From sequence record SRR22947725_1805: DNA of 64,000 nucleotides. One strand, written 5' to 3'. The notes beneath the pieces were generated by a model. It was not told where the DNA came from and ran no database searches. It saw only the letters and a list, made by a program, of their open reading frames with translations. A program made the translations under genes and the position numbers. Below, piece after piece: positions 28,812-39,395 of this stretch. The stretch's first letter is position 1; each line of letters starts with the position of its first letter.

Positions 28812-30648
28812 TCGCCAGACCAACCGTTTGGCGGGGGCTGTAAGCCCCTATCTCCAATCCCACGCCCACCAAGAAGTGGACTGGTATCCCTGGGGCGAAG
28901 AGGCATTTGCCGAGGCAATTCGTCGGGATGTTCCAGTTTTGATTTCTATTGGCTATCGCACGTGTCACTGGTGTCACGTGATGTCCAGGGAGAGTTTTGA
29001 TGACCCGGAAATCGCAACGCTGCTGAACGAAAGCGTTGTCTCCATCAAGGTCGATAGAGAAGAACACGGCGATGTCGATGCCACCTATCTCGCACAGGCA
29101 GCTGCTTTCACCAGCCAGTTGGGATGGCCACTCACCATCTTTGCTACACCGACGGGCAAGGCCTTTTACGCTGCGACGTATTTGCCCCCGGAACCCAGAG
29201 AGGGTCTGCCCTCCTTCCCTCGCGTCATTAACGCTGTGTCGCAGGCGTGGCGGGAGAACCGCGACGAGGTGACCCACTCGTCTGCTGGATTGGTGAAAGC
29301 CCTCGGGGAGGCCCGAAGCGCGATTGCGCGCGAGACCCACCCGTTGCCCTCGAGGGAGGACCTCGCCGCGGTTGTTGCACAAATTGGCCACCAGGAAGAC
29401 CCGGTGGCCGGTGGTTTCGGCACGGCGCCGAAATTTCCGCTCGCCCCGGTGCTCAATTTCCTCCTCAGCTACGGGGAGCTCGTTCCGGGGGCTTCGTCAG
29501 AAGTGGTGCAACGCACTCTCGCCACCTATGTCAACTCTGATTTGTATGACGAAGTGGAGGGGGGATTTTTTCGCTATTCCACTAACGCGGATTTCAGTGA
29601 CCCACATTACGAGCGGATGCTAGTTGATAACGCAGGGCTGCTCCTGGCCTATTCGAGAATCGGTGACCTCGAAACCGCTGGATCCCTTGTGTCGTTTCTC
29701 ACCCACCATCTCTCGACGGGGACCGGCTTCGCCAGCGGGCAAGATAGTGAAAGCCAGATCGATGGACGCCCTAGTGAGGGCGGGTACTACCTCCTTGGTG
29801 CCGCTGCGCGTGAGCGAGTAACGCCACCGGCGCTCGATGAAAAAATCCTTACCGGCTGGAACGGGCTTGCCCTGGAAGCACTCGCTGCTGCCCACCGGGC
29901 AGGAGTTCCTGGCAACCCCGGCGAAGCGGCCGAGGAACTTGCCCGGTGGCTCTGGGACAACCATCTGTCGGCCACTGGTCTGCTCCGGCTCTCCCGAGAG
30001 GGGAGTGCAAGTTCTGCCCCTGCCACCTTGGAGGATTACGGCGGATTTGCCCTCGGTCTGCTGGAGGTGGGGTGCGCGCTGGGTAAAGCGATCTACGTTG
30101 ATCAGGCAGCAACGCTGTTAGCACTCGCTATGGAGGGCGATCACGAAGGGGTCGACCCTGTTTTAGTGGCCCACGGGTTAGCTACGCCGGGTCTGAGCCC
30201 CGGGGATATTTCCGAAGGCGCCAGCCCTTCCGGTGCGAGCCTGATGGCACTCGCCCTGCTTCGCCTCTCTCACCTCACCTCCGCTCCCCACCTGCGAGAA
30301 AAAGCCCTGACCTATGTTTCTCCCTATCTCTCTCACGCTGTGGAGCAGCCCCTGGGGACGGGCGGCGTCTTGCGCTTTGTTGCGGAGTTTTCTGCCCCGG
30401 AGCGCGAACTCGTGGTGGTGGGAGAGGGAGAGAGCGAGCTCTCTGCACTGGCACGGTCGTGGAACCCGGCGGGGGTGTTGTCGCTCGTTGTCACCCCGCA
30501 TCAAGCGGCAGAGTTTCTCGATTTGGGATGCACGATCATGGAGGGTCGCTTAGCGGCCAGCACTCCCACGGCATATCTGTGTGAACGGGGGACGTGTGCG
30601 CTACCGGTGACGGACACCGCAGCACTTCGCGCACAGCTGACACAATGA
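28795..30648 (+). CDS. YyaL/DUF255 thioredoxin-domain protein
   Basis: NRL..SPYL..H, CHWCHVM..ESF, VDREE, GWP, APKFP, PHYE. Confidence 0.88.
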   Translation: MMATGNRQTNRLAGAVSPYLQSHAHQEVDWYPWGEEAFAEAIRRDVPVLISIGYRTCHWCHVMSRESFDDPEIATLLNESVVSIKVDREEHGDVDATYLAQAAAFTSQLGWPLTIFATPTGKAFYAATYLPPEPREGLPSFPRVINAVSQAWRENRDEVTHSSAGLVKALGEARSAIARETHPLPSREDLAAVVAQIGHQEDPVAGGFGTAPKFPLAPVLNFLLSYGELVPGASSEVVQRTLATYVNSDLYDEVEGGFFRYSTNADFSDPHYERMLVDNAGLLLAYSRIGDLETAGSLVSFLTHHLSTGTGFASGQDSESQIDGRPSEGGYYLLGAAARERVTPPALDEKILTGWNGLALEALAAAHRAGVPGNPGEAAEELARWLWDNHLSATGLLRLSREGSASSAPATLEDYGGFALGLLEVGCALGKAIYVDQAATLLALAMEGDHEGVDPVLVAHGLATPGLSPGDISEGASPSGASLMALALLRLSHLTSAPHLREKALTYVSPYLSHAVEQPLGTGGVLRFVAEFSAPERELVVVGEGESELSALARSWNPAGVLSLVVTPHQAAEFLDLGCTIMEGRLAASTPTAYLCERGTCALPVTDTAALRAQLTQ

Positions 30649-30652
30649 AGCC

Positions 30653-31465
30653 ATGCTGATCCTCGCTGCCACACCGATCGGCAACATCGGGGATGCAAGC
30701 CCCAGACTCAAGGAAACACTGGCTGCAGCCGATGTGATTGTTGCCGAGGACACCAGGGTCACGAAGAAACTACTCTCCCTCCTTGGCGTGGAGTGCCGCG
30801 CCAGTTTTGTGGTGGCCAACGAGCATTCGGAAAGCTCGGTCATTGACGAAGTGTTGGCAGCGGCGCAGACATCCGAGGTTGTTTTTGTCTCCGATGCCGG
30901 TATGCCTGGGATTTCTGACCCGGGCTTTGCCATGGTTCAGGCTGCCCGACACGCGCAGGTCCCGGTCTCCGTCATTCCTGGGCCCAGCTCAGGAATCAGC
31001 GCCTTAGCGCTCAGTGGATTACCCACGGATCGGTTCGTCCACGAAGGGTTTGTTCCTCGCAAAGGCAGGAGCGCATATTTCGAGTCGCTGGCAGGGGAGG
31101 CTCGCACCATGGTGTTTTTTGAATCTCCCCACCGCCTCGGTGCCACCCTCCGAGATGCCGCAGGCGCCCTGGGCAAGGATCGGCCGGCGTGTGTGGTGCG
31201 GGAGCTCACCAAAATGTTTGAAGAAGTCGCCTGGGGATCACTGGCGGAACTCGCGGAGAGGTTTGCCGAGGGCACCAAAGGCGAAATTGTGTTGGTGATG
31301 GGGGGAAGACCTGCCCGGGCACTCAGTGTGGAGGATGCCCTAGCCCTGGTAAACGCCAGGATGAGCGAGGGTATCAAGCGCTCGGATGCGTGCGCGCAGG
31401 TGGCCAAAGAGACAGGTTTGCCCAAACGCGAGCTCTATAGCGCGAGTATCAGCGCGCACCCGTAA
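30653..31465 (+). CDS. rsmI: 16S rRNA C1402 2'-O-methyltransferase
   Basis: ATPIGNIGD, AEDTR, SDAGMPGISDPG, ESPHR, RELTK. Confidence 0.95.
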   Translation: MLILAATPIGNIGDASPRLKETLAAADVIVAEDTRVTKKLLSLLGVECRASFVVANEHSESSVIDEVLAAAQTSEVVFVSDAGMPGISDPGFAMVQAARHAQVPVSVIPGPSSGISALALSGLPTDRFVHEGFVPRKGRSAYFESLAGEARTMVFFESPHRLGATLRDAAGALGKDRPACVVRELTKMFEEVAWGSLAELAERFAEGTKGEIVLVMGGRPARALSVEDALALVNARMSEGIKRSDACAQVAKETGLPKRELYSASISAHP

Positions 31466-31477
31466 GATTGAGCCTCG

Positions 31478-33061
31478 ATGGCCACTTCCTCGAGCGATAG
31501 CTTTTTCATCGCGACACCGATTTTTTATGTCAATGACGTGCCGCATATTGGTCATGCCTACACGGAGGTAGCGGCAGACGCTCTCTCCCGCTGGATGCGC
31601 CAAAGTGGCATCCCGACCTGGTTTTTGACCGGGACGGATGAGCACGGCCAAAAGATCATGCGCACCGCTCTCGCCAACGGCGTGACCCCTCGGGAATGGG
31701 CGGACCGATTGGTTGAGCAATCGTGGAAACCACTGCTGAAAACCCTGGACCTAGCCAACGATGATTTCATTCGCACCACGGAGGAACGCCACGAAAGTGC
31801 GGTCAAGAAGTTTCTAACACTCCTCCACGACAAAGGATTTATTTATCAGGGGGAATACGAAGGTTTCTATTGTGTGGGTTGTGAAGAATACAAACCACTC
31901 GCCGATTTGGAAGACGGAGCCGGCGAATTTGAGGGCTCCAAGCTCTGCCCCGTCCACTCGCGACCGGTTGAGGTGTTGAAAGAAGAAAACTATTTCTTCA
32001 AAATGAGCACGTTCCAGCAAAAGCTGCTGGATCTCTATGCGGCTCAGCCCGATTTCATCCAACCCACCAGTGTTCGCAACGAAATTATTGCCTTCGTCAA
32101 CCGCGGTCTCGATGACCTCTCGATTTCGCGCTCCAATATCGACTGGGGCATCGAGGTTCCTTTCGATTCCGAGCACGTTACCTACGTCTGGTTTGAAGCC
32201 CTGCTGAACTACATCACGGCCACCGGGTGGGGAAGCGATGACGAAGCTTTTGCGAAAAAGTGGCCTGCCGTTCAACTAGTGGGTAAAGACATTGCCCGCT
32301 TCCACGCTGTCATTTGGCCTGCCATGTTGATGGCCGCTGGGCTTCAGCCACCCAAGAAGGTCTTCGCCCACGGCTGGTTGCTGGTCGGTGGCGAAAAAAT
32401 GTCGAAGTCGAAGCTGACCGGTATCGCACCCACGGAAATCACCGATGTGTTCGGCTCGGATGCTTTCCGCTACTACTTTTTGCGCGCCATCACCTTCGGC
32501 TCGGATGGTTCTTTCTCGTGGGAAGACCTCTCCGCACGCTATGAATCAGACCTCGCCAATGGGTTGGGAAATCTCGCCTCCCGGGTGATTGCGATGGTGC
32601 ATCGCTACCGCGGAGGCGTCGTTCCCGCACTGCCGTCACCTACCCCCGCTGATAGAGCCATCGCTGCCACGATGAAGGATGCCGTGGCAGCAGCTGATGC
32701 CGCGATGCACGCTCTTGCCCCTCACGAGGCGCTCGGAGAGCTGTGGCGAATTGTGGAAGACGTGAACGGGTACATCACTGAGCAAGAACCCTGGGTGATG
32801 GCAAAAGACGATGCCCAGGCCGCGCGTTTGGATGCTGTGTTGTATACGTCCTTGGATGCGCTTCGATCTCTTGCCGTGACGTTGTCACCGTTTATGCCAC
32901 AAGCCACCAGCAAGCTCTGGGAGGCTCTGGGAGCATCGGATTCTGTGGGACCACTGGCCGAGCAAAATATCCCGGAAGCCGGCTCCTTCGGGGTGCTGCC
33001 GGAAGGGTCCGCGATTTCTGAGCTGGCAGCACTTTTCCCCCGTATTGAGCACGATAGCTAA
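31478..33061 (+). CDS. metG: Methionine--tRNA ligase
   Basis: PHIGHAY (HIGH), GTDEHG, GKDI, KMSKS. Confidence 0.97.
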   Translation: MATSSSDSFFIATPIFYVNDVPHIGHAYTEVAADALSRWMRQSGIPTWFLTGTDEHGQKIMRTALANGVTPREWADRLVEQSWKPLLKTLDLANDDFIRTTEERHESAVKKFLTLLHDKGFIYQGEYEGFYCVGCEEYKPLADLEDGAGEFEGSKLCPVHSRPVEVLKEENYFFKMSTFQQKLLDLYAAQPDFIQPTSVRNEIIAFVNRGLDDLSISRSNIDWGIEVPFDSEHVTYVWFEALLNYITATGWGSDDEAFAKKWPAVQLVGKDIARFHAVIWPAMLMAAGLQPPKKVFAHGWLLVGGEKMSKSKLTGIAPTEITDVFGSDAFRYYFLRAITFGSDGSFSWEDLSARYESDLANGLGNLASRVIAMVHRYRGGVVPALPSPTPADRAIAATMKDAVAAADAAMHALAPHEALGELWRIVEDVNGYITEQEPWVMAKDDAQAARLDAVLYTSLDALRSLAVTLSPFMPQATSKLWEALGASDSVGPLAEQNIPEAGSFGVLPEGSAISELAALFPRIEHDS

Positions 33062-33065
33062 AGCC

Positions 33066-34007
33066 ATGGCCTCGGTGGAAAAAGAGTTCCCGGCCCACAT
33101 CCGTACCAGGGGGAGCTTTGAGACCGGGGACCGAGCCATCCCCTACCCGACTGCACCGGACCCGCTATCGGTGGGGGTATATGACAACCACGCCCACCTC
33201 GAATTTGCCGATGGCGACAACCCGATGTCCGCGCTCGAGCATCTCGAGCGAAGCGTCGAGGCCGGTGTGCTGGGGGTTATTCAAGTCGGCACCGATGTGG
33301 AAACCTCACGCTGGTCAGCAGCACTGGCCGCGCGAGAACCACGAGTCCTAGCAGCCATCGCCATTCACCCCAACGAAGCCCCCAAGCTGATCGAGACCGT
33401 CGAGTTTGATGCGGCGATGGCGGTATTGGACGAACTAGCTCTGCAGCCTCGCGTAGTGGCCATTGGGGAAACGGGGCTGGACTACTTTCGAACGCAACCC
33501 GAGCGCCAAGACGCTCAGCGTGAAGCGTTTGTCGCCCATATTGCCCTGGCAAAGAAGCACGACCTGGCGCTTCAAATCCACGACCGCGATGCTCACGAGG
33601 ACGTGGTGTCTTTGTTGCGCGAGGTAGGTGCGCCGAAGAAAACGGTCTTCCACTGTTTTAGCGGCGACCCACTGATGGCGGAAATTTTGGCTCATGAGGG
33701 CTGGTACGCGTCTTTTTCGGGAACCGTGACCTTTAAAAACTCCGAAGGCTTAAGGGATGCGCTGAAAGTGATGCCGAGTTCGCATATCTTGGTAGAAACC
33801 GACACGCCGTTTCTCACCCCCACTCCCTTCCGGGGAAGACCCAACAGCCCGTACATGATTCCCTACACCCTGCGGTCGATGGCGGAAACGCTGGGGAGCG
33901 AAGAAAGTGTGTTGGCTGCCCAACTCGCCCGCAACACCCTCGATGTCTATGGCGCCTTCGATGATTTCGTGGCCCGCCCGGTCTCCCCACACCATGACAA
34001 GCTCTAA
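33066..34007 (+). CDS. TatD family hydrolase
   Basis: DNHAH, HPN, GETGLD, IHDRDAH, FHC, VETD.P. Confidence 0.92.
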   Translation: MASVEKEFPAHIRTRGSFETGDRAIPYPTAPDPLSVGVYDNHAHLEFADGDNPMSALEHLERSVEAGVLGVIQVGTDVETSRWSAALAAREPRVLAAIAIHPNEAPKLIETVEFDAAMAVLDELALQPRVVAIGETGLDYFRTQPERQDAQREAFVAHIALAKKHDLALQIHDRDAHEDVVSLLREVGAPKKTVFHCFSGDPLMAEILAHEGWYASFSGTVTFKNSEGLRDALKVMPSSHILVETDTPFLTPTPFRGRPNSPYMIPYTLRSMAETLGSEESVLAAQLARNTLDVYGAFDDFVARPVSPHHDKL

Positions 34008-34845
34008 CCCCGCCCCCCTGTTGGGGGCTGGCGAGGTTCGCGCACTGGCAGAAAAGGCCGGTGTCACACCGACAAAAAAGCTGGGTCAAAACTTTGTCCA
34101 TGATGCCAACACGGTGCGAAAAATTGTTGCGGCGGCCGCCCTGGTGGAGGGCGACCACGTCCTCGAAGTTGGCCCCGGTCTGGGCTCCTTGACGCTGGGG
34201 CTCCTTGATGCAGGGGCATCCGTCACGGCCATCGAAATTGACTCTCGGCTAGCCGCACTGTTGCCCCAGACGATTGCCACCCATCAACCAGGTGGCCAGT
34301 GCACGGTCATCGAGGCGGATGCGATGGAAGTGAAGGAGCTGCCCACCACATCTACGGTGCTGGTTGCAAACCTCCCCTACAACACGGCTGTTCCGATTGT
34401 CTTGCACTTGTTGCGCACCTTCCCCACTCTGCGGCGCGTGCTGGTGATGGTGCAATCCGAGGTCGCTGAACGCTTAGCGGCACACCCGGGGTCAAAAGCC
34501 TATGGATCACCGAGTGTGAAAGCGGGATGGTTTGGTCTCTGGAGTGTGGCAGCACCGGTGTCGAGGCACGTGTTTTGGCCCATCCCAAATGTCGATTCTC
34601 TTTTGGTGGCGATGGATGCCACGGAACCCCCCGGGGACGAGGCATTGCGAAAAATCATGGATGAATTAGTCACCCATGCGTTTCGGACCAGGCGCAAGAT
34701 GGCCAGGGGCGCGCTTGCGGAATATCTTGGGTCTGACGTGGTGAGCGAGGTCATCGAGCAGGCTGGGCTTCAGCCCACAGACCGCGGTGAAGCGTGGAGC
34801 GTGGAAGATTTTGTGGCTCTCGCCCGTGTGGTGAAAGCTCGATAA
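33994..34845 (+). CDS. rsmA: 16S rRNA m6,2A dimethyltransferase
   Basis: KKLGQNF, EVGPGLG, ANLPY, MVQ.EV, P.PNVDS. Confidence 0.95.
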   Translation: MTSSNPAPLLGAGEVRALAEKAGVTPTKKLGQNFVHDANTVRKIVAAAALVEGDHVLEVGPGLGSLTLGLLDAGASVTAIEIDSRLAALLPQTIATHQPGGQCTVIEADAMEVKELPTTSTVLVANLPYNTAVPIVLHLLRTFPTLRRVLVMVQSEVAERLAAHPGSKAYGSPSVKAGWFGLWSVAAPVSRHVFWPIPNVDSLLVAMDATEPPGDEALRKIMDELVTHAFRTRRKMARGALAEYLGSDVVSEVIEQAGLQPTDRGEAWSVEDFVALARVVKAR

Positions 34846-35798
34846 TGCCCACCCGACAGGTTTCTAGCGCCTGGATCCTCCCTGCCGTGATTGTCGGTGC
34901 GGGCCTCGCAGGCTTCGTGCCTGTGGAAAGCCCGATTCTTGATGCGCTGGTGTGGGTGGCATTCGGGGTCATGGTGTTTTGTGTGGTTCAAGCGCTGCCG
35001 CTTCTCTCGCTGGGGAAAGCAATCGCTAAGCCCAGAGTGCTGGTCGCGCTCTTTTCGGTGAACCTCCTTGTGGTACCCGCGGTGTCGTTTGTTCTGTCTC
35101 GGGTGTTGTGGCAACACCCAGATATTCAGGTGGGGCTCCTGTTGGTGCTTTTGGCCCCCGGTGTCGCACTCTCTTTGACCACCGTGAAACAAGCCGGCGG
35201 CGACGTGGAAAGCGTTCTCGGAGCAAAACCAGTGCTGCTGGTGGGGCAACTCATCGTGGTGCCCCTCTTTGCGATTGGGCTCAGTGGTGGCGTCCTGGGG
35301 TTTGATGATCTACCCCCCACTTTCGTGGCGATTGCCTTAGCTATTTTCGTGCCCGGATTGCTTGCCCTGGGTTTTCAAGCCCTCGCCGCCCGGTCTGGTG
35401 CGATGTCGAGAATTCGCCAGCGACTGAGTGAAAACACTGTGGTGGCCATTGGTGTTGCCGTCATTTTCGTCGTGTGGTCGCGAGTCCCCGGTCATCTCGA
35501 CGAGCTCACGGAGCTCTTTCGTCTCGTTCCCCTGTTTTTTGCTTTCCTCGTGCTGATGGCGCCGCTGGGGTTGTTAGCGGGTATCCTCACGAGCCTCACC
35601 GCCGGTGAGAAGCGGGCCATCATGATCGTCGGTGCCGGTCGCGGCGGTGTCATCATGTTGCCGATTGCCATGGCTTTAGATCAAAGTATCTGGGGCATGA
35701 TTCCCCTGGTTGTGGTGGTGCACTTGGCGATAGAAATACTGGGAATGATGGTGTATCGCTCAATCGTGCCAGAGCTTGTGCCCCTTGATCATCGCTAG
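34845..35798 (+). CDS. BASS/ACR3-like membrane transporter
   Basis: About 10 TM; N..VVP, GLLLVLLAP, AGGD. Confidence 0.65.
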   Translation: MPTRQVSSAWILPAVIVGAGLAGFVPVESPILDALVWVAFGVMVFCVVQALPLLSLGKAIAKPRVLVALFSVNLLVVPAVSFVLSRVLWQHPDIQVGLLLVLLAPGVALSLTTVKQAGGDVESVLGAKPVLLVGQLIVVPLFAIGLSGGVLGFDDLPPTFVAIALAIFVPGLLALGFQALAARSGAMSRIRQRLSENTVVAIGVAVIFVVWSRVPGHLDELTELFRLVPLFFAFLVLMAPLGLLAGILTSLTAGEKRAIMIVGAGRGGVIMLPIAMALDQSIWGMIPLVVVVHLAIEILGMMVYRSIVPELVPLDHR

Positions 35799-35818
35799 AC
35801 CCCGGGTAACCTGAAACC

Positions 35819-36715
35819 ATGCCCACCACTGTGACCGCGAAGGCTCCTGGAAAAATTAATCTCCTTCTCCGCGTGGGTCCCCCCGGCCCTGAGGGATACC
35901 ACGAGCTTTTCACCGTCTTTCACGCCGTTGACGTCTGGGAAACGGTGAGCGCTACGGAGGCAGCTAAGTACTCTATCACCATCGAGGGAAGCGTCCCCTT
36001 AGGCGATGTCCCACTGGACCAGTCCAACCTCGTCATTGCTAGCGCCAAGGCGCTGGCTCAGGCCAGTGGTCACGCCGGCGCAGCCGCTCTCCACATCCAC
36101 AAGTCCATCCCCGTGGGCGGGGGAATGGGCGGTGGATCTGCAGACGCTGCAGCGGCGTTGGTGGCGCTGAATGAACTCTGGGGATCCAGAGCCAGCGCGG
36201 AGGACCTCCACAACATAGCTAGTGGCCTGGGTGCGGACGTCCCCTTCGCCCTCCTGGGGGGAACCGCTCTTGGTCGGGGTCACGGGGGAGAACTGACCCC
36301 CCTGGAGGCTGGCCTCTTTCACTGGGTATTGGTTCCTCTGGAGCACCACCTTTCCACTCCTGCTGTCTATGCCAGGCTCGACGAAATCCGAGGCGTTATG
36401 ACGCCAACTCTCCCCGAAGAGCTGCCAGGTCCGATGATCGAGGCGCTTTCACGAGGCGATGGAGAAGGCCTTGCCCCCTTCCTCGAAAACGATCTCGCCT
36501 CCGCGGCGGTGAGTCTCCACCCGCCCGTCCTCACCACTGTTCTCGATGGTGAAGAGGTGCGAGCCCTCTGGGCGATGGTGTCCGGGTCAGGCCCCACCTG
36601 CGTAATGCTGGCGAGCGACAGCTCGCATCAAGAGGAACTGGTAACAGCGTTGGCGGCCAGAGGCCACCACACCCTTCCTACGGTGTCGACTCCGCTGGGG
36701 GCTCATCTGGTGTGA
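35819..36715 (+). CDS. ispE: 4-diphosphocytidyl-2-C-methyl-D-erythritol kinase
   Basis: APGKINL, GYHEL, IPVGGGMGGGSADAA, GADVPF, SGSGPT. Confidence 0.95.
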   Translation: MPTTVTAKAPGKINLLLRVGPPGPEGYHELFTVFHAVDVWETVSATEAAKYSITIEGSVPLGDVPLDQSNLVIASAKALAQASGHAGAAALHIHKSIPVGGGMGGGSADAAAALVALNELWGSRASAEDLHNIASGLGADVPFALLGGTALGRGHGGELTPLEAGLFHWVLVPLEHHLSTPAVYARLDEIRGVMTPTLPEELPGPMIEALSRGDGEGLAPFLENDLASAAVSLHPPVLTTVLDGEEVRALWAMVSGSGPTCVMLASDSSHQEELVTALAARGHHTLPTVSTPLGAHLV

Positions 36716-37199
36716 CCGGGTCCTTCTGGAACAGGCTCAGCGCCACGAGGTAGAGGGCGGAGCCCACGAGGAAAATGTCGGCAATATTGCCGATAAAGAA
36801 CCCGGCGTAGTCGATGAAGTCCACGATGTGACCTTCGCCAAAACCGGGCTCGCGAAGGAGGCGATCACCGAGGTGGCTAATGGCGCCACCGAGCATTCCT
36901 GCAATTCCGATTCCCATCGCCACCTGGGTGGTGCGGAACGCGATTACGACCAGGGCAACCACGGCCACAGCTGCGACCAGGGTCAAAATCCAGGTGGCAT
37001 CCGAGGCTAAACCAAACGCGGCACCGGGGTTATAAATCAGCCTCCAGCCCAACAGCTCGCCAATCACGGGGTGGTATTCGCGAAGCACCAGGGTGGATTC
37101 GGCCCACCATTTGGTGCCCTGGTCGAGAACGACAATTGCCAGTGCGGAAAGCCCTATCCACCAGCGAAGGGCGTGGGGGGGAGAAGTGTGTGAAGTCAC
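36678..37199 (-). CDS. lspA: Lipoprotein signal peptidase II
   Basis: DQGTK, NPGAAFG, GGA..H..DR, G.IVDFID, NIAD. Confidence 0.85.
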   Translation of the reverse strand: MTSHTSPPHALRWWIGLSALAIVVLDQGTKWWAESTLVLREYHPVIGELLGWRLIYNPGAAFGLASDATWILTLVAAVAVVALVVIAFRTTQVAMGIGIAGMLGGAISHLGDRLLREPGFGEGHIVDFIDYAGFFIGNIADIFLVGSALYLVALSLFQKDPVTPDEPPAESTP

Positions 37200-37251
37200 G
37201 GGGTCCTTAGGTTTGAACCCCGAGTATTTCACGCCGGGGTGTGGGTCTTTC

Positions 37252-37752
37252 TCAGCGGTTTTCAACATCCAAGCTCAGAGTACGAAGAGCAACAGCAACG
37301 TTGGCACGCTCGATTTCAGGCAGTGAGCGCAGGAGTTCGTGCTCGGCATCAATGAGAGTGGAAAAAGCGATATCGATGGCTGCTTGGCCCCGCGCAGTCA
37401 ACTTAACGACAACCCCTCGCCCATCTTCGGGATGGGAGGCTCTCTCCACTAACCCTTTGGCTTCAAGCTTCCCTAGGCGGTGAGTCATAGCGCCAGAGCT
37501 GACCAAGGTTTCTGCCAGCAGGTTTTTTGGACTGAGCTGAAAAGGGTTGCCCGCCCTGCGAAGAGCGGCCAAAACATCAAATTCCCATGATTCCAAACCG
37601 CTGGTTTTGAAAGCAGTTTTCCGAAAGGTTTCCACTCTTTTCCCGATCCGACTCACGCGGGAAAGGACCTCCAGCGGCGACACATCGAGGTCTGGGCGCT
37701 CTCTTTGCCAGGCTTCGACGATGCGATCGACATCATCTCTCGGCCCGGTCAT
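37252..37752 (-). CDS. MarR family transcriptional regulator (TamR/PecS-like)
   Basis: DDVDRIVEAW.RERPDLD, EFDVLAALRR, SGAMT.R, DGR. Confidence 0.9.
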   Translation of the reverse strand: MTGPRDDVDRIVEAWQRERPDLDVSPLEVLSRVSRIGKRVETFRKTAFKTSGLESWEFDVLAALRRAGNPFQLSPKNLLAETLVSSGAMTHRLGKLEAKGLVERASHPEDGRGVVVKLTARGQAAIDIAFSTLIDAEHELLRSLPEIERANVAVALRTLSLDVENR

Positions 37753-37799
37753 CACACCATTATCCTTCCTCTGGCACAATGGGGGAGGCCTTTGGCCAT

Positions 37800-37871
37800 T
37801 CCGCCTTGGTGTAACGGCAGCACGACAGCCTTTGGAGCTGTTAGGTCTAGGTTCGAATCCTGGGGGCGGAG
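37800..37871 (+). tRNA. tRNA-Gln (TTG)
   Basis: Cloverleaf: acceptor TCCGCCT/GGGCGGA, anticodon arm ACAGC-CTTTGGA-GCTGT, GGTTCGAATCC T-loop; usual position before glmU. Confidence 0.95.
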
Positions 37872-37925
37872 CAGAAAAACACCATCCTGTTCTCAGCAGG
37901 TGCGAATGTGCGCTTAAATGGGGGT

Positions 37926-39359
37926 ATGACGCAACAGGCGCTCGCGGTAGTGGTTCTCGCTGCCGGACAGGGCACCCGGATGAGGTCGGAAACGGCGAAG
38001 GTCCTTCACGAACTCTCCGGCATTCCTCTGTTGGGGCATGTCCTTGCTACAGCTTCTGCTCTGCAACCAGAACACCTCGCCGTCGTATTGCGACACCACC
38101 GCGATGCTGTTGCTGGGGTAGTGACCGATTATGTCCCCGACGCAATCCTGGTGGATCAGGACGACATTCCCGGAACCGGGCGAGCACTCGAGCTAGCTTT
38201 GGCTGCGCTTCCGAGTACCTTCGCTGGAGACGTTGTGGTGATGAGCGGGGATGTCCCACTGCTGGATTCAGACACCATTCAAGCGGTCGTGGATCACCAC
38301 CGTAGCGAGGGGTCTGCACTCACTCTGATGAGCACTATCCCCGAAGACCCCACCGGGTATGGCCGGGTTATTCGCAATGACCGGGGTGACGTTACCGGAG
38401 TGGTCGAAGAGTCAGACGCGAACGCGGCCGAAAAACAGATCACCGAAATCAATTCGGGTGTGTATGTGATGAATAGGGCTCACGCGCACGCTGCAGTAGC
38501 GGGGCTGACCACGACAAACTCCCAGGGCGAAAAGTATCTGACCGACATCGCCAAAGCCCTCTCGTCTGCCGGCCAGGGGGTTTCCGGGGTGCTGGTCGAG
38601 GATTCGTGGTTGCTCGAGGGCATCAACGACCGTGTTCAACTGAGTGAGGCGCAAGCCCGTCTGACCCGGATGACCATACGCGGATGGCAATTACTCGGGG
38701 TGACCGTGGCGGATCCCGCCAGCACCATGATCGACCTTTCGGTCGAGCTAGCGCCGGATGTCACTCTCTTGCCCGGAGTTCAGCTCAAGGGCGACACCCG
38801 CATTGATTCCCACGCCACAATCGGCCCAGATTCCACCCTGGTGGACACCATCGTGGAATCGCATGCCACGGTGGTCCGAACCCACTCACTCGGTGCTCAT
38901 ATTTGCGAACACGCCTCCGTGGGCCCTTTCTCCTTCCTTCGTCCCGGCACCGTCGTAGGGGTCGAAGGCAAAGTGGGGGCTTTTGTAGAAGTGAAAAACT
39001 CCACACTCGCTCGCGGAGCAAAGGTTCCCCACCTCTCCTACATCGGGGACGCAGATATTGGCGCCGGCACCAATATTGGGGCCGGCGCTATTACCGCCAA
39101 CTACGACGGTGAGACAAAACACCGCACCACGATTGGTTCCCAGGTTCGCACCGGGTCCCACACCGTCTTTGTTGCGCCGGTGGAGTTAGGTGATGGTTCC
39201 TACACCGCAGCGGGCGCTGTTGTCCGCCGCAGGGTGGAACCGGGGGCATTGGCAATGAGTGTTGCTCCGCAGCGAAACCTTGAAGGCTGGGTTGAACACA
39301 ACCGAGAAGGCTCGCCGGCTGCCATCGCAGCGAAGAAGGCCGGAAAGAGTAAAAAGTGA
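37926..39359 (+). CDS. glmU: Bifunctional GlmU
   Basis: LAAGQGTRM..K, PTGYGR, EINSG, YLTD, HLSYIGDA, NYDG, hexapeptide repeats. Confidence 0.97.
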   Translation: MTQQALAVVVLAAGQGTRMRSETAKVLHELSGIPLLGHVLATASALQPEHLAVVLRHHRDAVAGVVTDYVPDAILVDQDDIPGTGRALELALAALPSTFAGDVVVMSGDVPLLDSDTIQAVVDHHRSEGSALTLMSTIPEDPTGYGRVIRNDRGDVTGVVEESDANAAEKQITEINSGVYVMNRAHAHAAVAGLTTTNSQGEKYLTDIAKALSSAGQGVSGVLVEDSWLLEGINDRVQLSEAQARLTRMTIRGWQLLGVTVADPASTMIDLSVELAPDVTLLPGVQLKGDTRIDSHATIGPDSTLVDTIVESHATVVRTHSLGAHICEHASVGPFSFLRPGTVVGVEGKVGAFVEVKNSTLARGAKVPHLSYIGDADIGAGTNIGAGAITANYDGETKHRTTIGSQVRTGSHTVFVAPVELGDGSYTAAGAVVRRRVEPGALAMSVAPQRNLEGWVEHNREGSPAAIAAKKAGKSKK

Positions 39360-39395
39360 AGATGCCCGTCCATCACAGGAGAAAGCCCTAAATCG